Assembly: GCA_965226795.1 (NCBI GenBank)
Contig: CBDDDZ010000005.1
Span: 2,944,001 to 3,008,000 of the forward strand
DNA: 64,000 bases
Reading direction: 5' to 3'
Source: Candidatus Latescibacterota bacterium
GTDB taxonomy: Bacteria > Latescibacterota > UBA2968 > GCA-2709665
Below, in pieces: positions 55,627 to 64,000 of the stretch. Position numbers and translations under genes: made by a program. Position 1 is the first letter of the stretch. The number at the start of each line of letters is the position of its first letter. The notes below the pieces were generated by a model. The model had not been told where the DNA came from. It saw nothing but the letters and a program-made list of their open reading frames with translations, and searched no databases.

Positions 55627-57057
55627 ATGAATCTGATTGTACTGTGCAGCGACACCTTTAGAGTGGATCATCTGAGTTGTTACCGGGAGGACTCGCCGGT
55701 CCGTACGCCCAATATCGACCGCCTGGCGGCCGAGGGCGTGCGGTTCGACTCGGCGTTCGGGGAAGGCACCCCGACGCTGCCCGCGCGCCGGGTACTCTAT
55801 ACCGGGCGGCCGATTTTCCCCTTTCTGTGGGCGCCCCAGAAGTGGGACCGCGTGCAGCTTCCCGGATGGCATCCGCTGTTCTACGAGGACGTGACGCTGG
55901 CGGAGTGGCTGGTCGAACGCGGGTATATCACAGGGCTGATCAGCGATTTGCCGCACCAGTTCAAACCCGGCAAGAATTTCCACCGGGGGTTCATGCAGTT
56001 CAACTGGGAACGCGGACAGGAAATGGACTACCTGGTGGCGGGGCCCAGAAACGCCGTGCCCGTTGAAAGGTTCGATCCCACCGGACGGGCCACTCCGGTG
56101 TTGACGCAGTTTCTGATGAACAGCCGGGATTGGAAAGACGAGACCGATTGGTGCAGCGTGCGCGTGCTTCGTAAGGGCATCGATTTCTTGAGAGAGAATG
56201 CCGGCCAGCAGCCGTTCATGCTCTGGCTGGAGTGTTTCTTTCCGCACGAACCGTGGTTCGCGCCACCCGAACTGGTGGAACAGCATTACGAGGGGGACGA
56301 CCACGACGGCGTGGAGTGGATATTTCCTCCGGCCAACACCGAGGGGATGAGCGAGAACCAGGTGCATCGGGTACGGGCGCACTACCGTGGCCTGTGTAAC
56401 CTGATCGACCGGTGGTTCGGCCGGCTGATGGAGACCGCGGAGGATCTCGGGCTACTGGAAAACTCAATTGTAGTTTTCCTCTCCGACCATGGCACGATGA
56501 TGGGAGAACAGGGACAACTCCATAAGGGTCCCGACCGGCTCCGCCGGCAATGCACCCAGGTGCCCCTGATCATCCGGCATCCGAACGTGGACGCCTTCGG
56601 CGGAAGGGTTGTGGAAGCGTTCGTACAACACCAGGATCTCATGCCGACACTCCTGAGGCTGATGGAAATCGATGCGCCGGACCGTTGTCTGGGGGAGGAT
56701 CTCTGGTCGCACGTCGGGGGAGAGAGGGACGGCGGGCGAGACCACGTGATAACCGCATTCGGAAACTACGCCAGCGTACGCAGCAGAACCTGGAATTATC
56801 AGACACCGTGGGTGAAAGACAATCCAGCGCCTGTGGACGCCAACCGGCCGGGGTTGTCGCCGCCGGAGTTGTACGATCTGAACACGGATCCCGAGGAGTT
56901 GAACAACGTGGTGAAAGACCATCCCGACGTGGCGTCGGCATATCACGACCTGCTGATGGCGCATATCGAGAAGAACAGACCGGTGACAGGAGGTTCGCTG
57001 GAAGTGGGCGACGCGGCGTTGTCCCACGTACCGCTATTCGATCAGTCACGGTTGTAG
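55627..57057 (+). CDS. Sulfatase-like alkaline-phosphatase-superfamily hydrolase (Thr at the nucleophile site)
   Basis: SDTFRVDH, TPNIDRLA, PTLPARRVLYTG, PHEPW, SDHG, ELYDL..DP.E. Confidence 0.88.
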   Translation: MNLIVLCSDTFRVDHLSCYREDSPVRTPNIDRLAAEGVRFDSAFGEGTPTLPARRVLYTGRPIFPFLWAPQKWDRVQLPGWHPLFYEDVTLAEWLVERGYITGLISDLPHQFKPGKNFHRGFMQFNWERGQEMDYLVAGPRNAVPVERFDPTGRATPVLTQFLMNSRDWKDETDWCSVRVLRKGIDFLRENAGQQPFMLWLECFFPHEPWFAPPELVEQHYEGDDHDGVEWIFPPANTEGMSENQVHRVRAHYRGLCNLIDRWFGRLMETAEDLGLLENSIVVFLSDHGTMMGEQGQLHKGPDRLRRQCTQVPLIIRHPNVDAFGGRVVEAFVQHQDLMPTLLRLMEIDAPDRCLGEDLWSHVGGERDGGRDHVITAFGNYASVRSRTWNYQTPWVKDNPAPVDANRPGLSPPELYDLNTDPEELNNVVKDHPDVASAYHDLLMAHIEKNRPVTGGSLEVGDAALSHVPLFDQSRL

Positions 57058-57136
57058 TCGAAATGCCGGGTTGCGGGCAACTCCAAAAAGAAGCCCGATT
57101 ACCCGCCGCTCGATAAACACTCCAAGGAGGTTTGAG

Positions 57137-58231
57137 ATGGCCGATAAACTGGGGGTTCTGGTTCATGGCGCGGGCTGGGTTTCCACGCAGCACATCATGG
57201 CCTTTACCGGGAATCCGCATACCGAGGTGGTGGCGGTATCCAGCCGGAAACTGTCAAGCGCGCGGACGCGTGCCGAAGAGGCCGGTCTGGAGAACATCGG
57301 GCTGTACGACAACTATCAACAGGCCCTGGCCCACGACGGGGTGGACATCGTGTGCGTATGCACCCCGCAGCGCTTTCACGCCACGAATACCATCGCCGCG
57401 GCGGAGGCCGGGAAACACATCGTCATCGAGAAGCCGATAGCCAACAGTCCGGACGAGATGAGGGCGATGCGCGAGGCCGTGCACAAGGCAGGAGTGCGGA
57501 CGGTGGTGAGTTTCGTACTGCGCTGGAATCCGCTGTTCGAAACGGTCAAGGCGATGGTTGCCGACGATGCCCTGGGAGACGTCTTCTACGTGGAGGCGGA
57601 CTACCAGCACGATATCGCAAGCTGGTGGACGGGCTGGGACGAGGCCAGGAAAATAAGCACGGGCGTAAGCGCCTTCCTGACCGGAGGCTGCCACGCGATC
57701 GACTCGCTGCGCTGGTTCGCCGCCCGGGGCCAGTTCGAGGCGGCCGAACCCGTGGAGGTCTTCGCCTATTCGGGCGGTTATCGGAAGGGACTCAAGAAGG
57801 AGTTCGACTACCTGGCCAACAAGTGGGTCGACGGCCTGCCCCTGGAATACGACGACCTGGAAGTTGCCCTGGTGAAGTTCTCCAACGGCGCCGTCGGAAA
57901 GGTCTCGGTGAACTACGGATGCGTTATGCCATATACATTTCCCGTGGAGATTTTCGGCAGCAAGGGGACGGTAAAGGACAACAAGGTCTGGTCTCACAAG
58001 TATCCGGGACAGAACGACTGGGTGGAAATCCCCGCCATTCTGCCGGATAGCGCGGATGTGTCCCACCACCCGTTCCAGGGACAGATGGATCATTTCGTGG
58101 CATGCATACAGTCAGACACCGAATCGCACTGTAACCTGGACGACGCGATTGTAACGCATGAGGTTGCGTTTGCGGCACTGCAGTGTTACGAGACCGGACA
58201 GCCGGTGAAACTCCCGCTGATGCAAGACTGA
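57137..58231 (+). CDS. Gfo/Idh/MocA family oxidoreductase
   Basis: GAGWVS..H, VCTP..FH, AGKHIVIEKP, GCHAID; AGGAGG RBS. Confidence 0.9.
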   Translation: MADKLGVLVHGAGWVSTQHIMAFTGNPHTEVVAVSSRKLSSARTRAEEAGLENIGLYDNYQQALAHDGVDIVCVCTPQRFHATNTIAAAEAGKHIVIEKPIANSPDEMRAMREAVHKAGVRTVVSFVLRWNPLFETVKAMVADDALGDVFYVEADYQHDIASWWTGWDEARKISTGVSAFLTGGCHAIDSLRWFAARGQFEAAEPVEVFAYSGGYRKGLKKEFDYLANKWVDGLPLEYDDLEVALVKFSNGAVGKVSVNYGCVMPYTFPVEIFGSKGTVKDNKVWSHKYPGQNDWVEIPAILPDSADVSHHPFQGQMDHFVACIQSDTESHCNLDDAIVTHEVAFAALQCYETGQPVKLPLMQD

Positions 58232-58312
58232 TTCCGAAACGGACAAAGCAATCCGGCGACGTCCGGTTCGGTACCGCCGGTTTTCCTCCGCGTCGGAAAG
58301 GGATCATACACA

Positions 58313-59728
58313 ATGCAAAAACGCAATCTGTTGTTTTTCGGGGTGGACAGCCTGTGGGCCGCCCACATGAGTTGTTACGGGTACGAACGGCTGACAACCC
58401 CCTACGCGGATAGGCTGGCCGCGCAGGGGGTGTTGTTCGAGAAAAATTACAGCCCGCATATTCCAACCACGTCGGCCTATGCGTCGATGCTGACGGGCCT
58501 GGATTGTTTTTCAACCCAGGTCGTGGCGCTACGCCACCAGGGCGGCTTGAGGCCGGAGGTGGCCAGTCTGCCCGAGATTCTGCGGGACGCGGGCTACGAT
58601 ACCACCTGTGTCGGTTTCACGGGCAACCCCAGTTCTCGGGGGTTCGACAGATACCTGAACTACGAGGCGTGGGGGTCCTGGGACCAGCGGCCCCTGCGCA
58701 AAGCCGAGTGGCTGAACGACGTTGCGATTCCGGAACTGGAGCGCCTTGCGGCGGCTGACGAGCCCTTCTTCCTGTTCCTGCGTCATATGGATCCCCACGC
58801 GCCGTACCTGCCGCCGTCGCCGTACGATACGATGTTCTACAGCCGCGACCCGTGCGACCCGACCAGGACCTCGATGGAGCCGGTGAAAAATTTCAAACCG
58901 TTTCGGGACTTTCATCTCAGCTGGATGCCGCCAGGCATCACCGACGCGGACTATGTAATCGCACAGTACGACGGCGAAGTCGCGTATATGGATGCCTGCA
59001 TCCAGCGCATCCTCACGCGCCTGGAGGAATTGGGCCTGGCCGAAGATACACTGGTCGTATTCAACGGAGACCACGGAGAGACGCTGGCCGATCACGATTG
59101 TTATTTCGATCATCACGGGATGTACGATTGCATCCTGCATGTGCCGCTGATTCTACGCCTGCCCGGCGTGTTGCCTGAAGGGCTGCGGGTTCCGGGATAT
59201 ACCAGCCACCCCGATCTCGTGCCGACCCTATTGGAGTTTCTAGGGATGGAATCAAAGATCGCGTTTGACGGAAGGAGCATGTTGCCGCTGATTCAGGGAA
59301 CGCGGGCATCGAACCGGTCCGAATTCTACATTACGGAGGCCACCTGGATGCGCAAGCACGGGTGGCGCACCCCCGAATGGAAGTTGATTGTGGCGCTGGA
59401 GCCCGATTTCCACGGGAAGCCCGAGGTGGAACTGTACAACCTGGTGGAGGACCCGGTCGAAAACGTGAATCTTGCAGAAAGGGAACCCGGGGTGGTGCGG
59501 ATGCTGCGAAACCGCATGGACGCGTGGATTGCGAAACGAGAGGTGGAAACGGGATTAACGAATCCGATGTTCACTAATTTGCAATGGCACGGCACCCGGC
59601 ACGAAGGCCCATTTCCCAGTTCCGAAGCGGCCTACAACGCCCTCTACATCGGTTCGTCGAAAACGGCAAAGAAACTGCAGGCGCGGGATGCCGCGGAAAA
59701 CAAGAAAACAGCGGGAGGCTCGTCTTGA
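58313..59728 (+). CDS. Sulfatase-like hydrolase (Thr at the nucleophile site, Arg absent)
   Basis: VDSLWA.H, TTPYADRLA, PTTSAYASMLTG, DPHAPY, YDGEVAYMD, GDHGE, DHHG. Confidence 0.88.
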   Translation: MQKRNLLFFGVDSLWAAHMSCYGYERLTTPYADRLAAQGVLFEKNYSPHIPTTSAYASMLTGLDCFSTQVVALRHQGGLRPEVASLPEILRDAGYDTTCVGFTGNPSSRGFDRYLNYEAWGSWDQRPLRKAEWLNDVAIPELERLAAADEPFFLFLRHMDPHAPYLPPSPYDTMFYSRDPCDPTRTSMEPVKNFKPFRDFHLSWMPPGITDADYVIAQYDGEVAYMDACIQRILTRLEELGLAEDTLVVFNGDHGETLADHDCYFDHHGMYDCILHVPLILRLPGVLPEGLRVPGYTSHPDLVPTLLEFLGMESKIAFDGRSMLPLIQGTRASNRSEFYITEATWMRKHGWRTPEWKLIVALEPDFHGKPEVELYNLVEDPVENVNLAEREPGVVRMLRNRMDAWIAKREVETGLTNPMFTNLQWHGTRHEGPFPSSEAAYNALYIGSSKTAKKLQARDAAENKKTAGGSS

Positions 59729-59777
59729 GTCAGTCGCCGCATATCCACCGCCGTCCGCACGATGAAGGAGAACAACA

Positions 59778-60875
59778 ATGAGCGACGGATTTCCGCTCCT
59801 CGAGGTTTCGGGATCGCCCGTGAATCGCGGGCAGGCGCACGGAGAGGTGTTCCGGGAGGAGATTCGTGCGCTACTGCCGGTCTATTTCGCGTATCTGGAG
59901 CGCCTGAGCCGCGACCATCGCGTACCTGTGTTAAGCAAGACACGGGTGCTTGAAATCGCCGGGACCTATGCGAAGCCCGCGGAAGCGTACGCCGCGGACC
60001 TGGTGGATGAAGCACGGGGAATCGCGATGGGGGCAGGCGTTCCGTTCGAGGAGATCCTGGCGCTGAACGGGTTCCTCGACATTTTCGACTATCTTTCTCC
60101 GACCTTCGTGGAGGCGGGTTGTACGACGTTGATGGTACCGGATAAAGAGGACGGATCGGGGGCCGCGATCGGGCAGAATTACGACCTGCCGGAAATTTTC
60201 GTGGCTTCGGCGGCGCTGCTGAAAATCACCGCTGAGGGTCCGGACGCGCTGATGTACACAACGGCGGGGATGCTGGGGTGCGCGGGCCTGAACAGCGAAG
60301 GCATCGGCGTGGTGATCAACAACCTCGTCCCCGGAGACGCCGGCCCCGGCGTCCCGTACCCATTTGTGATCCGGCGGATCCTCTCCTCGGCACAGATCGG
60401 AGACGCAATTGACGCGGTGGTCTCCTCCCGCCGTGCATCCGGGATGAATTATGTCCTGTGCGACCGGAATGGGGAAATCTACAACCTGGAAACCACGGCA
60501 GCGGACTACGAGGCCACCTGTCCGTTCGACGGGCCGATGGCGCACTCGAATCACTATCTGGCCGACCGCCTCAAGCCGCTGGAAGGGCGGGCTTACGATC
60601 AGCGAGGACAGAGCCTTGCCCGTTGGGGCCGAGCCACGCGGCTGCTGCGGGGACCTGCCGACCCGGATGCGGCGTCGATCAGGTCGGCGCTGCGGGACCA
60701 CGTGAACAGCCCCGTCTCGATCTGCAGACACAGCGTGGCCGGATGCGGGCAGACGATATGCGGCATTGTGCTGGAACCGTCGAATGGGCGGGCCTGGTTT
60801 GCGCGCGGACCCTGCTGCGAGCACGCGTGGGTGGAGTACCATCTGTTCGAGGCCGCAGGCCGGCGAGTCGCGTGA
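59778..60875 (+). CDS. Peptidase C45 family Ntn-hydrolase/acyltransferase
   Basis: RGQAHGE, EARGIA.GA, G|CTT autoprocessing site, GQNYD, GLNSEG, HSNHY. Confidence 0.88.
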   Translation: MSDGFPLLEVSGSPVNRGQAHGEVFREEIRALLPVYFAYLERLSRDHRVPVLSKTRVLEIAGTYAKPAEAYAADLVDEARGIAMGAGVPFEEILALNGFLDIFDYLSPTFVEAGCTTLMVPDKEDGSGAAIGQNYDLPEIFVASAALLKITAEGPDALMYTTAGMLGCAGLNSEGIGVVINNLVPGDAGPGVPYPFVIRRILSSAQIGDAIDAVVSSRRASGMNYVLCDRNGEIYNLETTAADYEATCPFDGPMAHSNHYLADRLKPLEGRAYDQRGQSLARWGRATRLLRGPADPDAASIRSALRDHVNSPVSICRHSVAGCGQTICGIVLEPSNGRAWFARGPCCEHAWVEYHLFEAAGRRVA

Positions 60876-60993
60876 TGGCGTCCGGAGGGTGCCCGCCAGG
60901 ACAGCCATACCTGCGGGAACGGCGCCGCGGGGTGCAACGTACAATCATCCGGACGCCTGCTCGCCTCGGGGGCACATGGGAGAGACATTTGCC

Positions 60994-61695
60994 ATGGGAG
61001 TGAAAATCGAACGCTGGTTCAGAGCGCCCTACGGGATGCCGAATGGGGTGCAGGTAACCGACAACGGCATCTGGGTGGTGGACCAGGTAACGGATCGTGC
61101 GGCGCTGCTGGACGCGTCGGAAGCCGATGAATACGGGATGTTGCGGCTGCGCTCCGAGGTGCCCACCGAGTCATCCAACACCAGCGGGCTGGCCTGGGGC
61201 GACGGATCGCTCTGGCTGGCGGCCAACGGTCCGGCGGAGAAATGGCGCGTGCCACGGAAAACGGACGCGCCGTCGGGTGAAATCTTGCGTGTGGATCCCG
61301 AAACCGGGAAAACCCAGGGGCGATGGCCGTTGCCTGGCGGTGGCGGAACGCACGGGCTGGAATACGATTCGTACGAACCTGGAACGCTGTGGCTGACCAC
61401 GTTGAAGGACCAGACGCTGACCCAGGTACGGATTTCAGATTGGTCCATTCAACGCGTGTTTTCCCTTCCCTATGGACGGGCGCACGGCGTTGTGCGCGTG
61501 GAGGACGGGGTGTGGGTTGTACACACGTCGGAGCGGACGATCGTGAAACTGGATCCGCACGCGGGCAATGAACTGGATCGGATTCAGGTCCCTCCTTCGG
61601 ATCCGGAACCCCACGGGCTTTCCGGTTTCGAACGTGGATTCCTCTACTGCGACGCAACTTCGGGATGGGTGACGAAGATCATCTCGGACGTCTAG
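60994..61695 (+). CDS. Small beta-propeller protein
   Basis: Repeats PNGVQ..IWVVD, SGLAWGDGSLW, THGLEY, AHGVV, PHGLS. Confidence 0.7.
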   Translation: MGVKIERWFRAPYGMPNGVQVTDNGIWVVDQVTDRAALLDASEADEYGMLRLRSEVPTESSNTSGLAWGDGSLWLAANGPAEKWRVPRKTDAPSGEILRVDPETGKTQGRWPLPGGGGTHGLEYDSYEPGTLWLTTLKDQTLTQVRISDWSIQRVFSLPYGRAHGVVRVEDGVWVVHTSERTIVKLDPHAGNELDRIQVPPSDPEPHGLSGFERGFLYCDATSGWVTKIISDV

Positions 61696-61735
61696 CGGAT
61701 TTTTCCGAAGTCCACAAACGACACGGGCGGAATGG

Positions 61736-64000
61736 ATGAAACGAAAGGTGCTTTCCACAACGGGTTCAACGCGGGGAACCGCGTACACGATGAGCAACAA
61801 GATCCTGACCCACGCGGGAAAGACCCACGTTGCGTGGCTTGATCAGATCTGCAAGATCTATGTGCGCACCTACCATCACCGGTCCAGGCGCTGGGGCAGG
61901 CCGGTCTACGTCGGAACCGGGGACGACAACCACGCCGGGGCGGCGTTTGCGATGGATTCCCGGGGATACCTGCATCTGGTATTCGGGCCTCATCACAATC
62001 CCGTCCGGCATATGGTTAGCAGACGCCCCAATACCGCAACCTCGTGGGTGGAACAGCCTTCCTTCGGGGGGGAAACGGCCACCTATCCGAGCCTGGTGTG
62101 TGACGGTGACGATACGTTGCACGCATGTTATCGGGGGTCGTACGCCGCTGAGCGGCCATGGTCGCTGGTTTATCAGAAAAAGGCAAAAGGCGGCGAATGG
62201 TCGGACCCGGTCAAGCTCGTCGACCCCGAAGGACCGCCTGCGTATACGCAATTCGAAAACGCGATTCACATCGACAAGAGCGGAACGCTGGTTCTGGCCT
62301 TTCATATCGTACGGGCTACCGAAGCGGATTACGGCGAAACAAGAGGCAGGGGCTTCGGCGTGATGCGTTCCCGCGACGGAGGCGAGAATTGGGAAACCAT
62401 GGACGGGAATGCGTTGTCCCTGCCCGCAACGCCGGCCTCCCCGTGCGTGATCGAGTTCGACGAAGGCCTGGATGTCCGCATGGGCAACGTGGTATCCAAA
62501 AGCCGGGGAGCACCCTGCTTTACGCTGAATCGCCGAGAGGGCGGCGCGGCGGAAACGTATTTTTACACCTGGGAAAAAAAAGGCTGGAGGATCGTTTCGC
62601 TGATGCCCGAGGCAGAGCGGCTCTATGGCCCGTGCGAAATGTCGGACGTGTGCGCGCTCAGCATCGCGGACGACGGGGTGATCTATGCGGCCGGCGCGGT
62701 CTGTCAACGTGGCGGCGGCTGGGCGGATTCCAGTAACGAGATCGCGCTGTTTACGTCGCGCGACGGCGGGGAGACATTTTCCGGCTACAGATTATCGTCA
62801 AACGAGCCGGACGTATCCAACTGGCTGCCCGCCCTCGAACGGCAGACCGGGCACAACCGGGTTGACGTTCCGCGTCTTGTCTATACCCATGGACACGTTG
62901 GCGAGGGGTGCAGCCCGGATATCGATACGGAGATTCGACACGTATCGCTTGTCGATATCGCGGACGCGGAAGCCAGTGTCGTAGACGCCAGGATCGAGGG
63001 GTCGGAACGGCTGAGCGGAATCCGCTTTACCGAAGAGCAGCGCGGGAAAATGCGGCGGGACGTCGAGCAATATCGACTCCGGTACCGGGAACTTCGCGAG
63101 GTCGACGTGGGCTACGACGTGGGCCCGGCGTCGATATTCCTGCCCGGCGTAAAACCGCCCCCATCCGGAGAACAGCGGCCGTTCCGGTTCACTGCGTCCG
63201 AGGTCGAACGGCCCCCATCCGCGGACGATCTGGCTTTCCTCCCGGTGAGCGCGCTTGCCCGCCTGTTGGAAACCCGGGACGTATCGCCCGTGGAACTGAC
63301 CCGGCTCTACCTGGACCGGCTGGAAGCCTTCGGCGAGAAATTGCATTGCGTGGTTTCGCTCACGGAAGAATTGGCCTTGGCGCAGGCGAAGGCCGCGGAG
63401 GCGGAGATCATGGCCGGGAATTACCGGGGGCCGCTGCACGGAGTCCCCTGGGGCGCCAAGGACCTGCTGGCTACAAAGGGAATCCGGACCACGTGGGGCG
63501 CCACCCCCTTCAGGCAACAGACCGGCGAAACCGATGCGGCCGTTGTGGAACGGCTTCGGGACGCGGGCGCGGTCCTGGTGGCCAAGCTCTCAACCGGGGC
63601 GCTTGCAGCGGGGGCGCACTGGTTCGGAGGAATGACGCGGAATCCGTGGGATATCGAGACGCAGTCCAGCGGATCTTCGGCCGGCCCCGGCGCCGCGACC
63701 GCCGCCGGCCTCGTTGGGTTCAGCATCGGCTCGGAGACGCAGGGATCCATCGTTTCACCGAGCCATACCTGCGGGGTGACGGGGTTGCGGCCGACATATG
63801 GCCGCGTGAGCCGATACGGCGCGATGGCGCTCGCCTGGACCATGGACAAACTGGGTCCGATGTGCCGCGGCGTTGAAGATTGCGCGGCCGTGTTCAGCGC
63901 CATCCACGGGCCGGACGGGAGAGACCGTTCCGTGGTGGACACGCCGTTCAACTGGCCCGCGGCCCCGGATGTGAAGGCATTGCGAGTCGGCTTTATCCGA
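61736..64000 (+). CDS. BNR/Asp-box beta-propeller fused to an amidase-signature domain; 3' end outside the window
   Basis: Manual translation from ATG 61736 (MKRKVLSTTGSTRGTAY) with no stop across the junction: DDNHAG..YLHLVFGPHH, SRDGGENW, SRDGGETF, then GPLHGVPWGAKDL, SSGSSAG, GSETQGSI. Confidence 0.88.
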   Translation, partial: MKRKVLSTTGSTRGTAYTMSNKILTHAGKTHVAWLDQICKIYVRTYHHRSRRWGRPVYVGTGDDNHAGAAFAMDSRGYLHLVFGPHHNPVRHMVSRRPNTATSWVEQPSFGGETATYPSLVCDGDDTLHACYRGSYAAERPWSLVYQKKAKGGEWSDPVKLVDPEGPPAYTQFENAIHIDKSGTLVLAFHIVRATEADYGETRGRGFGVMRSRDGGENWETMDGNALSLPATPASPCVIEFDEGLDVRMGNVVSKSRGAPCFTLNRREGGAAETYFYTWEKKGWRIVSLMPEAERLYGPCEMSDVCALSIADDGVIYAAGAVCQRGGGWADSSNEIALFTSRDGGETFSGYRLSSNEPDVSNWLPALERQTGHNRVDVPRLVYTHGHVGEGCSPDIDTEIRHVSLVDIADAEASVVDARIEGSERLSGIRFTEEQRGKMRRDVEQYRLRYRELREVDVGYDVGPASIFLPGVKPPPSGEQRPFRFTASEVERPPSADDLAFLPVSALARLLETRDVSPVELTRLYLDRLEAFGEKLHCVVSLTEELALAQAKAAEAEIMAGNYRGPLHGVPWGAKDLLATKGIRTTWGATPFRQQTGETDAAVVERLRDAGAVLVAKLSTGALAAGAHWFGGMTRNPWDIETQSSGSSAGPGAATAAGLVGFSIGSETQGSIVSPSHTCGVTGLRPTYGRVSRYGAMALAWTMDKLGPMCRGVEDCAAVFSAIHGPDGRDRSVVDTPFNWPAAPDVKALRVGFIR

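Noticed and set aside
61766..63951. Track ORFs 61766-62707(-), 62798-63517(-), 62908-63876(+) and similar
   Set aside because: Shadow frames of the BNR-amidase gene.

Overview
GC-rich bacterial genomic window. Paired EF-hand/dockerin-like motifs and a eukaryote-like adhesin suggest a host-associated (e.g. sponge-symbiont-type) Latescibacterota/Gemmatimonadota-like organism; this is inference only. 1-21.4 kb is housekeeping, mostly on the minus strand: copA (partial), thiL, eukaryotic-type hisA, an RND pump, an ArfB-like factor, an S1 protein, an M19 dipeptidase homolog, a YVTN propeller, rlpA, pyrD/pyrK, a TPR lipoprotein, carB split into two genes, and nnr. Between tRNA-Ser(TGA) and tRNA-Ser(GCT) lies an ~18.6 kb accessory block. 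It holds one ~3,980-aa surface protein (Ig-like repeats, 20 x 306-bp cadherin-like repeats, an animal-type SRCR domain, Calx-beta, C-terminal beta-barrel) broken by a 32-nt duplication and an internal IS1380 fragment. Two paralogous single-chain GAF-PAS-kinase-receiver-wHTH regulators flank it, one intact and one degraded. Next come gltX, tRNA-Gln, prs, glnS, a palindrome cluster, a decayed IS1380 and small genes. The window ends in a co-oriented catabolic cluster with two Thr-nucleophile sulfatase-like enzymes, an oxidoreductase, a C45 hydrolase, a propeller and a BNR-propeller::amidase fusion that is absent from the ORF track because it runs off the end. Several lesions look like long-read consensus errors and need read-level checking.
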